From Saccostrea cucullata (Eukaryota), in the NCBI RefSeq assembly GCF_032062105.1, contig NW_026932328.1:372001-436000 (forward strand): a stretch of 64,000 nucleotides of DNA, given 5' to 3'. Shown one piece after another: positions 37,701 to 49,054 of this stretch. The translations under genes were made by a program, and so were the position numbers. How positions within the stretch are numbered: position 1 is the stretch's first letter; every line of letters starts with the position of its first letter. Below the pieces are notes generated by a model. The model saw only the letters and a program-made list of their open reading frames with translations, was not told where the DNA came from and did no database searches.

Positions 37701-39030
37701 ATTGATGTCCCAACGGCGTTACCAACGGTACACTGGAAAGTCCCTTGGTCGGACTTACGCACACTAGAAATGGTGTAGGTCTGACTAGTGCTGATTTGAT
37801 TGCCTCCTTTAGTCCATCTGTAGTTTAATCCTGTGCTTGGGTTTGCATCATCAACGAAGCACTTTAACTGAAGATTGCTGTCACCCAGTTTTGCAACAAC
37901 GTTTGTTGATGGTGTGACGTAGATTTCCGGCACATCTTTAAAAGCAATGGCCAAAAATATACTTAGTAAATATGTTTACTGAAAGCTAAGCACAGAAACA
38001 CTTACCCTAACCCACATACAGAGAGAGAGAGGGTAAGGAAAAGAGAGAATTAATCTAATTACCAGACATTAAGCTAATGTTAAAATCTTACACAAAACAT
38101 TTAATACTTCCTCGTCACTTGGGTCGGAGAATAATCCTCTCTCTTCTTTGGCTGTACACTGAATTGTTGTCCCTTTATCTTGTTTTTTAACTTTGTTAAT
38201 CATCAAAATACTACCTCCGTCTCCTGTAATTCTGAAGCGAGAGTGTGTGATGTTAGCGTTATTCACGGTCCAGATATAGGTGATAGGCAGACTCGTGAGT
38301 GGAACTGATGTGGACATAGCTGAACAGGTCAAGTTCTGCACAGTGTTCGAGATGATTTCACTATTCACATTAATAGTAGGTTTACTTGGAGGAGCTGATT
38401 GAAATTAATACATTACTTTCTCAAATGTCTGTAAGTTGTGCATGACAGTGTTGTATTGTAAATTTTATTTGACATAAAGAATATTGTTTCTTTTTTGATC
38501 TGCATTGTGAAAAAAAAATATGAAAAAAACTTACTCATGACGAACAGCGTATTATTCGTTATGACTGAGCTTATCGATAATTGTGCAAAGTATACTCCAG
38601 CATCAGTTGTGTTAACATAGTTGGTAAAACAGATATATACTCGGTTTTTTGATGTTTCCACATTACATGTTACCCTTCCTCTGTAGTCAACATTGATGTC
38701 TATAAATGGATCAGAGTCAGGAATGCCAGCGAGAGTACATATAGTTAAATTGTTGAAACTTAAAAATATTACAAAATCTTCTGGTATGCTTCGAGACATT
38801 GAAATATTCAGACATCCTGGAGAGCCTTCTTTAACATAGGCAGGTTCCTGTAATTCGGCTGTAAAATAAATTGTATTTATGGAAACAATTATATACATTG
38901 CAAAAATTACGTCCAGGAATTTATCTTATAACATATTATACATGCTATAAGCATACTTGCCTTCACTGATATATATATGCAGATAGAAAATGAAATTCCA
39001 AATGAGAATTAATAGGCATTGCACCTCCAT
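25799..39030 (-). CDS. Type I membrane receptor: signal peptide, 5 Ig, FN3, TM, Tyr-rich cytoplasmic tail (717 aa)
   Basis: Twelve exons sum to 2154 nt in frame: 39030-38961 (signal peptide, GC donor), 38858-38535, 38394-38092, 37935-37672, 36230-35955, 35698-35390 (Ig, phase 1-1), 35281-35000 (FN3: ISWIPGSDGG...YTFTLIAVNKYGES), 34714-34607 (TM), 26511-26407, 26270-26234, 26130-26060, 25803-25799. Confidence 0.8.
29030..30340 (-). repeat. Tandem array (~170 bp units) of a Helentron-type element nested in the foldback element
   Basis: Units 'aagtaggtcactgtgacctacttttt...aagatgcatcaactgacaaagtttgatgattct' recur about 6-7 times. Confidence 0.6.
31800..31985 (-). mobile_element. tRNA-derived SINE, 3' part
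   Basis: Reverse complement of the core and tail of the SINE at 40170-40452 (gtctccatatgagtgaaaaattctcgagagggacgtt...caatcaatc). Confidence 0.7.
36939..37590 (-). mobile_element. Degenerate Helentron-type element in a receptor intron
   Basis: Ends 'aacaagagccccgtaggcc' and 'aaagctcatctgaacctttggtt' resemble the 19692-20906 family in reverse orientation. Confidence 0.5.
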
Positions 39031-39299
39031 GATTATCTTATCAGTAAAATCTTCCTGTTTTGTCCTGAATTTAACGATAATAATGCTTTCATGCTTAATC
39101 ATTATTTACTTCCTCGTGTGCTGTTAGCTACAATATACAACATGACAATTGATTACACATATTCTGTACCTTTAACAAGATAGATATATGACATACTAGT
39201 ATCTTTGTATGGGCCAGTGTCGTCTGTGATCTTTTCATAGTAGCAGAGATGGATGTCAGAATATTAGGATAACGAACGATATTTAAACTTAAAAGTCTA

Positions 39300-39830
39300 T
39301 TCAAACAATACAAATCATGAGCAGAGCAATCGTGGGATTCTAAAACATCAGAGGTTGGATCATGTGCCATGGAGAAGTGATCATCCTCTCCTGACTGGTC
39401 ACATCCGCCGTGGGCTCCTTGTTTGATCGGGAATATAAGGAAAAATCCGTTCACAATGTCGTAAATACTCAGTAATGGCCTGGCAATTACATGTACATGT
39501 AGTTTAATTGAAAACGTCCATCAGCATTTGACATAATGATAGATTGTATTCGCTGACGAAGTCATTGTATTGGCCTTAGAATTTGCATAATGATGACTTA
39601 AAACACAATTATCTTGTTTGACGATTACCTACCTCGTTTTTAGGAATTGCTCATATGTTGAGCATACTCTTGCGTATCGAATCAAGTGAGATATATAATC
39701 TCCGTATGCAGGTGATGAACGTATATTGCTGCAAAAGTAAGGAAAGTAGACGACTGAAAATTTCAAAAAGTCATCATGTTTATCACAAAGCTGTGTTAAT
39801 AGATTACCATTAACGTCTCTTTTTCTAGTA
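39300..39830 (-). mobile_element. Penelope-like retroelement relic (RT C-terminus and 3' region)
   Basis: Translates ...LCDKHDDF.KFSVVYFPYFCSNIRSSPAYGDYISHLIRYARVCSTY, the C-terminal RT motif of Penelope-like elements; truncated. Confidence 0.7.
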
Positions 39831-40169
39831 AAATAAAAATGTCCAAACATAAAGCCTTTATTATGTAGCTTAAACATCTCCCATTGATTTATATTTAATA
39901 TTTCAATCAAATAACTCAATTTAATATGATTAAGAGTTTTTCAGTATCGGTATTTAAATTTAGTGTATGTATATTTAATATCGCATCTATCAAATGACCC
40001 GTCCAAGAGTTACTAGTATGATTCGCTTGTTTGAGGTTTCATTGACGGTAATACGTACTAGATCTACATTAGTTTTTAATAATTGAATTTTGTGTGAAAA
40101 TAAAAATTTCTTACCTAGCTGCTACGTAATATCTATCATAAATTTCTCTTGCTGGGTTGATGTCGCCTG

Positions 40170-40452
40170 CGTGAGACCGGTCTGCTCTAGAGTCGCAAAG
40201 TAAGGTGTTGATCCTTACGTTGCGGGTTTGAATCCCACTGTGGGACGTGGAGACCGGCCCTTCGGATGAGACCGAATAAGCCGAGGTCCCGTGTCGCAGT
40301 AGGTCCTGGCACGAAAAAGATCCCTCACTGCTCAATGGCCCTGAGTGCCGAGTATAGGACAAAATTTGTAGCTCTCCACCGGCAAGTGGTGGCGTCTCCA
40401 TATAAGTGAAAATTTCTCGAGAGGTACTTTAAACAACATTCAATCAATCAAT
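40170..40452 (+). mobile_element. tRNA-derived SINE with conserved core and (CAAT)n tail
   Basis: B-box GGTTTGAATCCC, core 'ggatgagaccgaataagccgaggtcccgtgtcgcagtagg...ggcacgaaaaagatccctc', tail caatcaatcaatc. Confidence 0.75.
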
Positions 40453-40984
40453 CGGGTTGACCAGGCCAGGCGACATTTTTTGTTTACAACGGGGCGTTCG
40501 ATACTGACCGCTCGTATTCGGAATGTTTCTGACACACTTAGTATAGATCTACGTAATACAAACTCAGCGTTCAATAAAATGCTAAGATATTGATCGCTAA
40601 GTATTCTACTATTAGGCTAGTAGATTTTTATTAGGCTATAGACTATTTATTAGCTATTATACGCTCCTCGGAAAGACAACATTCATTTCGTGGATTGACC
40701 TTTGGTGCACTTTTATGTCATCTAATGCAAAATGACGTCATATCAGTGTACTAGTACACTATTGCTGCCATGAGAAAAAATTGGTGAAGAAGAACAGACA
40801 ACGTAAGTGCTTTTTATATCACATTTTAACGTTCTAGGCTATAATTATAAGGATTGATATTTAGATACAATTAAAAAATAGAAACCAATCGCTAGAAAAA
40901 AGATAAAAATATAAAGCAATCGCTGAGCCTTATTATGGTTTATTGCCTTATAAATACATGACAAGCCAATCCATTTCGAGAAGG

Positions 40985-41150
40985 CCGGTCAGCTCTAGAA
41001 TCGCGGATTAAGGAGTTGATCCTAACGTCGCTGGCTCGAATCCCACTGGGGGACGTGGTAACCGGTTCTTCTTATGAGCCCGTATAAACTCTATGGTCCT
41101 GTGTCGCAGTAGGCCCTAGTTGCTGGCACGAAAAAGATCCTTCACTGCCC
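40985..41150 (+). mobile_element. Second, truncated copy of the same SINE
   Basis: Colinear similarity to 40175-40335, including B-box GGCTCGAATCCC. Confidence 0.7.
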
Positions 41151-41214
41151 CTAAGAGTTATCTCCCGTTGTCAGCGTAACACTAATTTTTCACACTTTGT
41201 CCTTTGTAAGTTAA

Positions 41215-41535
41215 TTATACCCCCCGTTTGAAAAGTGGGAGGGTATACTATAACCGGTATGTCTCCGTCCGTCCGTCTATTACGCTTTGGGGTACCCATC
41301 TCTTATCCGCAACTCCTCTTATAGTACCACTGGTACTGGGTGAAATTTAATGAATCTTTCACAGAATCTTATTAATTACATATTGCCATTGTGCACCTCC
41401 TTTTTTAATTTTTGATCCGACACATATTTTGAGTTTCCCGGCCACAACAAAACATGAACTTTGCCATTATAACCATATGGGAGGCGGAGGGTATCATTAA
41501 AGTAATGAGCACATTGCTCACTGTACCTCTAGTTG
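41215..41535 (+). mobile_element. Short Helentron-type element
   Basis: subTIR ATACCCCC / GAGGGTAT, (CCGT)n microsatellite, and a 3' hairpin TGAGCACATTGCTCA before ctagtt. Confidence 0.6.
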
Positions 41536-43680
41536 TTAATATTTTTAATCTTCAAACGTTATCGGGCGATTTCGAACTGTAACTATATCGCCAGAGTATT
41601 GGGCAACATGAAAAACATAATGAACATATTTGTACAGATTTTATTTCTAAGATACTGACTCATGAAGATGGTAAGGTTATAGAGGGAAAACAGTGTCTTA
41701 CGCCGGTTGACCCCGGATGTGAAAGTCGTCTATGGCCGTTAGTCAAGTGCCGAGATGTAGCCCGGCCTCCACCGGCAAGCGATGACATCTCCAAATTTCT
41801 CGAGATGGACTCTAAACAACCAACAGTGAATCAATCGAGAAGACCAGAAGAATATATTTGGCACATTTGTTTAGTTTTTGACAAATATTTTATATATATA
41901 TAGGAATAAAGACCGTTGCTTATAAATCATTTTACAAAGGTGGTACTGCGGTATCGTTACTAAAACGGGGAAAAAATTATCAGAAAACTCAAAACGACAA
42001 AAGACCACTGTTTCTTTAATGTTTATAAAGTTTACGCATTTTATTGGGCCGCCCAATCTAAAAAGTAATTAAGTAGACGAATTTTATTCCCTTTTAATAA
42101 ACATTATGGTAAGTCTACTTAAAAGGTTATTTATAAAAGTTAAACATTTCTTATTTTCAAAGAAAAAAAAGGAAAAAATGTTTAAAAGCAAAACTTCAGA
42201 GTAGAGCATTGATAATTTTATTTTAAAAATGCATTGACTCATAAGGACACGAGGTCAGATTTCAAATTCAAATATGACACTGTTGTGAAGTGCACAGAAT
42301 TATCAGTCATTATGTAACCATAGATTTTATCACTATTGTGAAAAGTAATCCCGACTGAGACGGACCTTTTGTATGTGTTTGTTGGGGGACGGGGATATAG
42401 CTAATTATGCTGTGTTATTTAAAAATTATTTCAGCTATCTTTCAGTTCCTAAACGGGTTTATTAATCTAATGTATACAATGTATACCTGGTGTTAAACAG
42501 TTTGGATTTTAAAAATAAAAACAAAGATGCATGGTCATTGACGAGAATTTTTGGTATGAAGAATTTACCTTGGAAAAGTCAATAAGTCATTCTTGTATCT
42601 TACAATTGATAAACAGTAGTTGCGGTATTTAAAACTTCAAGATTCCGTCATAATCCTAAGATATCAAGCGTCTACAAAGGTAAGGAGAGAAAAACAATCT
42701 ATATAATATCTTTGTTTATAATAGAAATGTAGTCGTTCAAAAAAGACAAGATTTTTATCAAAAGTACGTATTGGTGACTCTAATTGTCCTGGTTCTTTTT
42801 TGTTTGTTTGTTTGTTTTTTTATTAGACAAAAACGCGCAAAAATTTTACCTTTTGTTACAATATTTATTTTGTACAGAGCGATGGTGACCATTTGTGGAT
42901 ATTTTAAGAACGAAAAGAAAAATCAGTGAACATTGAAAATTTGTTTCATTAATTTGAGATTAAGATGATAAAGTATATTTAAAATGAGGACGATTTCATC
43001 CTTTATGAAGTGCAAAAGAACCATTTAAGGGTGTTTTGTCGGTGGAATTTTAATAATGCATTATATTTTCACTTTTAACAATGGGATAAGAGATAAAATA
43101 TGCTGGTACAAAACGAAATTTATATCGCTGCATGGCTACAAAAAAATTTTAATCAATTAATACAGGCATAAACTCTCTGTAAAATTATAACATTCAATAG
43201 ATCAATACTGTTTTGAGGTACGGTTTGATTAAGGTTGTGGAATTTAAGATCTGTTACCGTTTTCTTCAGATGGCACCAACATTTGGTGCGTGTCAGACCG
43301 ATAACAGATACCCTTCTACATGGTATCTTTCTAGAGTAAACATGCAATGGATAAAAGAGGTTTAAGCTGGTCTAAGACCTTTAATTTAGCGAAAATCTAA
43401 GGTTTTTACTTATTAATACAATGATAACAGTTCGATGTTTAGTTAATTCACCTGATTACGAGGAAGAAATCTTTTTATTTATTTATTTGAAAAAATAAAT
43501 ATTTAAGAGAAACACTTATGCTTTCATAGTTTCATGCATATTTCACATCTTTTCCTCCCTCTCTTTCTCTCTTTCTCCTCGACCAATAAAGAGACAGAGG
43601 GGGGGGGGGGGGATCTGTACGAATTAGAAATATAAAAATCAACTTTTTTATTATCAATTATGCCCAGTTCTGCAGTGACG

Positions 43681-46600
43681 ATGGCACAAACATCAAACAG
43701 TCAGCTGACCTACCCTCCAGAAGAGGCAAGTATATTTTCAAAGATTATCTGTTTAGTAACTTTAGTTTGTAACATCGTATGAAAAATGTGACTGTTTTCA
43801 TTATTATCAAGTTCTGTTAATTATTAGCATACTTTTAAGTAATTAACATTATGTACATCAAAAAGTTTTCTGATACCGATATGATAATAGATATACTAAT
43901 ATCTGTTTTGGTGCAAGTGGACCAATTACTGCTAGGCATGTTAACAATGATATTGGAATGAATCTTTAATCCAGGTTGATGCATTGAAAATGTTGTCTAT
44001 AAACCAACACAAACTTGGACATGCTGTTGAAGAAGCTTTAGAAGTCGAAGAAAAAACTACCATAAAAAAGGGCACTCTGATGGTAAGATTTTTATTGTTA
44101 CATATATTTATACATTAACACACGTTTATTTCTTACTACGTGAGAGGTGTCGACAATCTGGGGCTGAAATTATGGGTTATTTCTCATTACCTATAAAATG
44201 TATCAACATTATGGAAGGTTAAACAGTGTGAAAACCACAGGTACTTGTGGACAGGACTAGACAGGACCCCCCCCCCCCCCTCCCGATATTCAACCCCGGG
44301 GCTTATTGGATATTTTTTTCACAAATTATATTTAATACACTTATTCATCATATGTACAGTATGAAAAAATCGTCAAAACCCCAAAACAATCGCTCCACAA
44401 AAAAAAAAAATACTCCACTATACATTATCTCCCTTATAATGTATAGTGGGATATTTTTTTGTGGTGCGATTGTTTTGGGGTTTTGACGATTTTTTTTATA
44501 TTGTACACGTGATGAATAAGTGTATTAAATATAATTTGTGAAAAAAATGTCCTGCTCCAATAAGCCCCGGGGTTGAATATCGAGGGGGGTGGGGGGGTCC
44601 TGTCCACAAGTACCTGTGGTGAAAACATGGTGATTTCAACTTTTTGATCGTCTATTAAACTTCCGCTATCCTCTGGTGTTTTTTTTTTTACATTTCCAAA
44701 CTTAATCAATACTGAAGAACATGCTCTAGATATGACCAGTTTTCAAAATAACAGATACGTTAACATCAAAGGGATTTCAACAATCTTGTTAAAAAGCAGC
44801 ATTTTGTAAATTCTTTGGTCGTTATGATGACCTTATTAAAAAATACAACCGAATACTGGGTCCTATATGGGTTAATAATGTGTTTCATACCAATGGTACT
44901 AAAGACAATTGTTTGCAATTTATTTATTCATATATGTATTTTATTGTGGTTTTAGTTCCCCTAGACATACACAAGAACTGAACAGTATCTATTTTCAACA
45001 GACTAAAAAAACATTTCAGATTTGCTTAATCAGCTGTTTTTTTCTCTCAAGGAGTGATAAACTAGAAGTATAACTACATGTGAAATATTATTAACAAATT
45101 AATTCGCATTTTTGATGCGATTAGACATGCATGTATATACATACCATTTCAGAGCAATTTCGACACTGGCAACCAGGTCCAGTTGGTCTCAAAAGCCAGT
45201 GGGCGAACTTTGAGGATAATCCAGGCTCGGTCTGGTCAACTTAAAGTGGACAGCAGGGGAGACCTGGGCGGGCAGGAATGGAATGGTAGTTTGTTAACTA
45301 TTAATATTTCATAATAATACTGTATAAAGTCATGTTTAGGAACTCTTTTATCATAAGTGTACTCCTTTTTATCAGTAAATAAAATAATTTTAATCTCACT
45401 TGTTTAGTAAAGAGTAAGTTTAAAAAAAAAAAAAAAAAAAAACATTATCAAGAAAACGATTTCATTGTTCATACATTTTATTTTAGCTGTATGGACAGTT
45501 ATTAATGAAGGTCACAATCAGATTCGCCTTCACAATAACTTTAACTTTCTGGCAATAGTAAATGGCGAAACCACTGTTATACATGTGGTAAGTATACAAA
45601 TTATTACGGGTTATTTTATTTTACTCTACTACAACAAAATATAAATAGGTGGAATTATTTTGGTAGTTCATGAATATTTAAAATAAAAACTTTAAATTTA
45701 CTATAAATCACCATAAATCAAAATTTAAATTTTTGTTAACGATGTACTATAAATCTATCACATAAGTCCTCCCAGGATATATCGTTACATGTATAATGAT
45801 TTTTAACACTCAGCTTATGCATTTTTGATATAAACAGGAATAATAATTTGCATTTCAAAGGTCCTACCTCTTCGGACTAAATGCTTAAAATGTGTGTGTG
45901 GGGGGGGGGGGGGGGTGTCAGCTTATTATCTAGCATGTACACCTAAACGAGTAGCAGACAAACTGCGTGTTCGGTCTTTATATTAATTAAATGTACCTGT
46001 TTACCCGGTATTTAATTTCTGCTAGTATTATTTTTGAAAAAGTAATAATTTGATTAAACAGTTTCGTCCCTTGGGCCAAGGGTTCAACCCCAGAATGAGA
46101 CTGATTATAATTTGAAAACATGGTATACCAATATTTTTTTAAAAAGTCTTCTCGACTCCAGAACTCGTAAAGCAGAAAAGATGTAGTAAAGTGAATGATT
46201 GTATTAGAATTGATTTACACGTCCATTTATCATGGGTTTGACCCCAGAATGACTTAAGGCAAAACGACCCTCTGATAAGAATTTTAATTTCCAAACAAAA
46301 TAACATGCTGTAGGTTAATTTGTCAAACTAGATATTAATAATTTAAGAACCATTCCGGGGTCTTCCACTTGCCCATATAGGATTTGGGCTTCTTTCAAAT
46401 AGCTAAAACTCTCCCTTTCCTGTAAGTACATTTTCTTCTTAAATTATTTTTTTATATGGATGCATATTTACTTAAAACGAATGAATATATATGTCACTAG
46501 ATATTATTTTTAAAATTGTTCATGTTGTGATGATAAATCTTTCTATTCATTGTGTCAAATATTCTAAATATACCATCCAATAGATAAGGCTCATGGAGGG

Positions 46601-47543
46601 TGTGACCGGTTAACAAGATGCTTACTTCTCAAATTCACCTGATCCAATTCTGGATTTCCGCGGATTCGTATTTATGCCCTGTTCACAGAATTGTATTGTT
46701 TGTAGTTTTATTTTATGTGATCGATCGCTCTTTCGCCCTACTTAAAGTGCTTGTACGATGAAATGAGTATCAGTTGCCTTCATTGCTGAACACCAACAGA
46801 CAAACCAATGATGATTATACCGAGCTTTTGTCATCTAGTAAACCTATGAAATTCACACCCATATTGATTATATCCATTTCCTCAAGGTTCATGTCACAGG
46901 ATAGGGTTTCAATGCATTACCTAGTTAGTATAAACTATAATTAATTTCTTTTATTTACCACTAAGCATTAACGGTCGAAGGCAATCCTATTATTGTATAT
47001 TAATTACAGTGTATTTAGTAAATTGTATATTATTGTTTATCAATTAACCAAACATTTGAGTTAATTGTTAATTTTCCAAAATCTTTTGGAATCATAAATT
47101 TTTTTTTAATTACTTCTTCATTGTTTATGTGTTTATATGTTATTGAATAAATGTTAGCAATAAACCTTATTCTACAAATGTGATATTAATTGATTTTAAT
47201 GGGTGTATAAGGATTATGCTTTAGGAAAAGAAGCTTCGTATAACAGGGTTAGTGTCTTAGGAGATTTTTTTCAGATCTCTGGTACACAGATTGTTTGACT
47301 ACATATAAAAGGCTATATGACAACAGAATACTCATGTTCTGTTTCATATTTTAGCCACAGGGATCTGAACATGATAAGCCAGAAACCAAGCTCCAAGTTA
47401 TCATTCATCCGGAGAGCTTTGTGACCTTGGAGTCGATGAGGGAACCGGAAAAGTGTATAGGAATACTGGACAGTGGGTCCCTAAAGTCAGCAGAGAATTG
47501 TACCTGTCACGACGACCATTCCATGTTTGGAGTACATTTGATA
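43681..47543 (+). CDS. Leaderless beta-trefoil-like protein, paralog B (last exon not resolved)
   Basis: Exons 43681-43725 (GC donor), 43975-44082, 45153-45285, 45487-45587 and 47355-47543 have the same intron phases as paralog A. Translation: MAQTSNSQLTYPPEEVDAL...GNQVQLVSKASGRTLRI...AVWTVINEGHNQIRLHNNFNFLAI...FVTLESMREPEKCIGILDSGSLKSA...HSMFGVHLI. The terminal exon may lie near 50205. Confidence 0.78.
44236..44618. mobile_element. 383-bp fully palindromic MITE with 8-bp TSD
   Basis: Arms of ~190 bp (CACAGGTACTTGTGGACAGGAC... / ...GTCCTGTCCACAAGTACCTGTG) around a 7-nt spacer. GTGAAAAC is duplicated at 44228-44235 and 44619-44626. Confidence 0.88.
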
Positions 47544-48439
47544 GTAAGATATACTGCAACAAATAAAATCGTGTCACTTATTTGTACTTTCGATTCATTT
47601 AAATTGATCTTCTGAGATCAATTAAATATGATATTTCTCCATTCCATTTCAGTTATTTAATTCCTTTGGCATGAAGGAATTTATAATAGTTTTCTCCTTG
47701 ATAAAGATGATTTCGTTAAATCTCTTTTTAAGAGTTTTATTTTTAGGAACATTTATAGAAAATTTTCCGGTTGACACATTCCGTTAACATATTTTTAAAA
47801 GAGCGGAATTTTTGTTGTCTAAGAGAATGCGATTGTAATATTTTATTTGACAAACTTTGAGATAAACTCCTCTTCACAATGATTTTCTTGTAAAGAATTA
47901 GATGATTTATCAGTATTTTAAATACCTTTAAAACCTTTTTCATATATGAGTGGTTTATGTGAAGTGTAGTTTTCCTGCTAACTAGTCTCTTATCGAAGCA
48001 AGTTAGATTGCTGATTGTTTTAAACAGATTTGTTGTAACATTTTTATAGCAAAAAGGTATCTCTAAATTTGACACTTTTTGTCATAAGTGAAATCATCTT
48101 TCTAGTTACTGAAAGCAGATGTGAGAATTTTTAATGATATTGAAACAACTAACTATCAGTAAATTGACAATTTTCATTCATGAAAATGTTATCCTCGATT
48201 TCAGTTCTTTTATCATCCAAGCTCCCTATGGCTATACAGAATTTCGTTTTAAATGATATATGACTTCATGTATTACACAGACGAGATGTTTGATGTTGAA
48301 ACATCTACATAAATTACAACTTATAACAACCTAACTAAAGACTTAGGTCTTAAGTCTGGCCCTTCACAAGACAAACACTTACTTAGCTCCTGAAATTATG
48401 AAATGAAACATGGAAATATCGAACATTATTCAAGATCAA

Positions 48440-49054
48440 AAGTCCACAAAACGATACAAAACAGGAGCAGAGCAAACACGGACCTCCAAAACATCAGAGG
48501 TGGGATCAGGTGCCATGGAGGAGTGAGCATCACCTGCCGACCGGTCACACCCACAGTGCGGTCCTTGTAATGATCGGGAAATAGCGAAAAAAATTCCCCG
48601 TCAATTCAGTGTATAAATAATGGACTAACAATTAGTATGAAAAACGTCAGTCAGCATTTGATTTAATGATAAATTGTATTTGCTGACAGGGTCATTGTAT
48701 CGACCATAGAACTTACAAAATGATGACTTTAAACGAGATTTCTGATATTCTTGTCTCATCAAATTTACCTCGTTTTGGAAAATGTTCATACGTAGAGCAT
48801 ACTCTTGCGTATTGAATCAACTGAGATACATAAACCCCATATGCAGGTGATGAAGGTGTATTGCTGCATAAGTAAGAGAAGTTAACGATAGAAAAGTCAA
48901 AGTCATCACGTTTATCATAGAGCTTGGTTGTTAGATTATCATTAATGTCTTTTTCAAGTAAAATATCCAAATATGAAACAGATGTGTCAGACTTTGTGGT
49001 ATCTTTTATTTCAAGCTCACCAGGATATATTGTTTTGACATAAGAAATAACCAA
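48440..49054 (-). mobile_element. Penelope-like retroelement relic
   Basis: ORF 48713-49054 reads IYPGELEIKDTT...SYLDILL...TKLYDKRDDFDFSIVNFSYLCSNTPSSPAYGVYVSQLIQYARVC, followed by the family 3' region. Confidence 0.8.
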
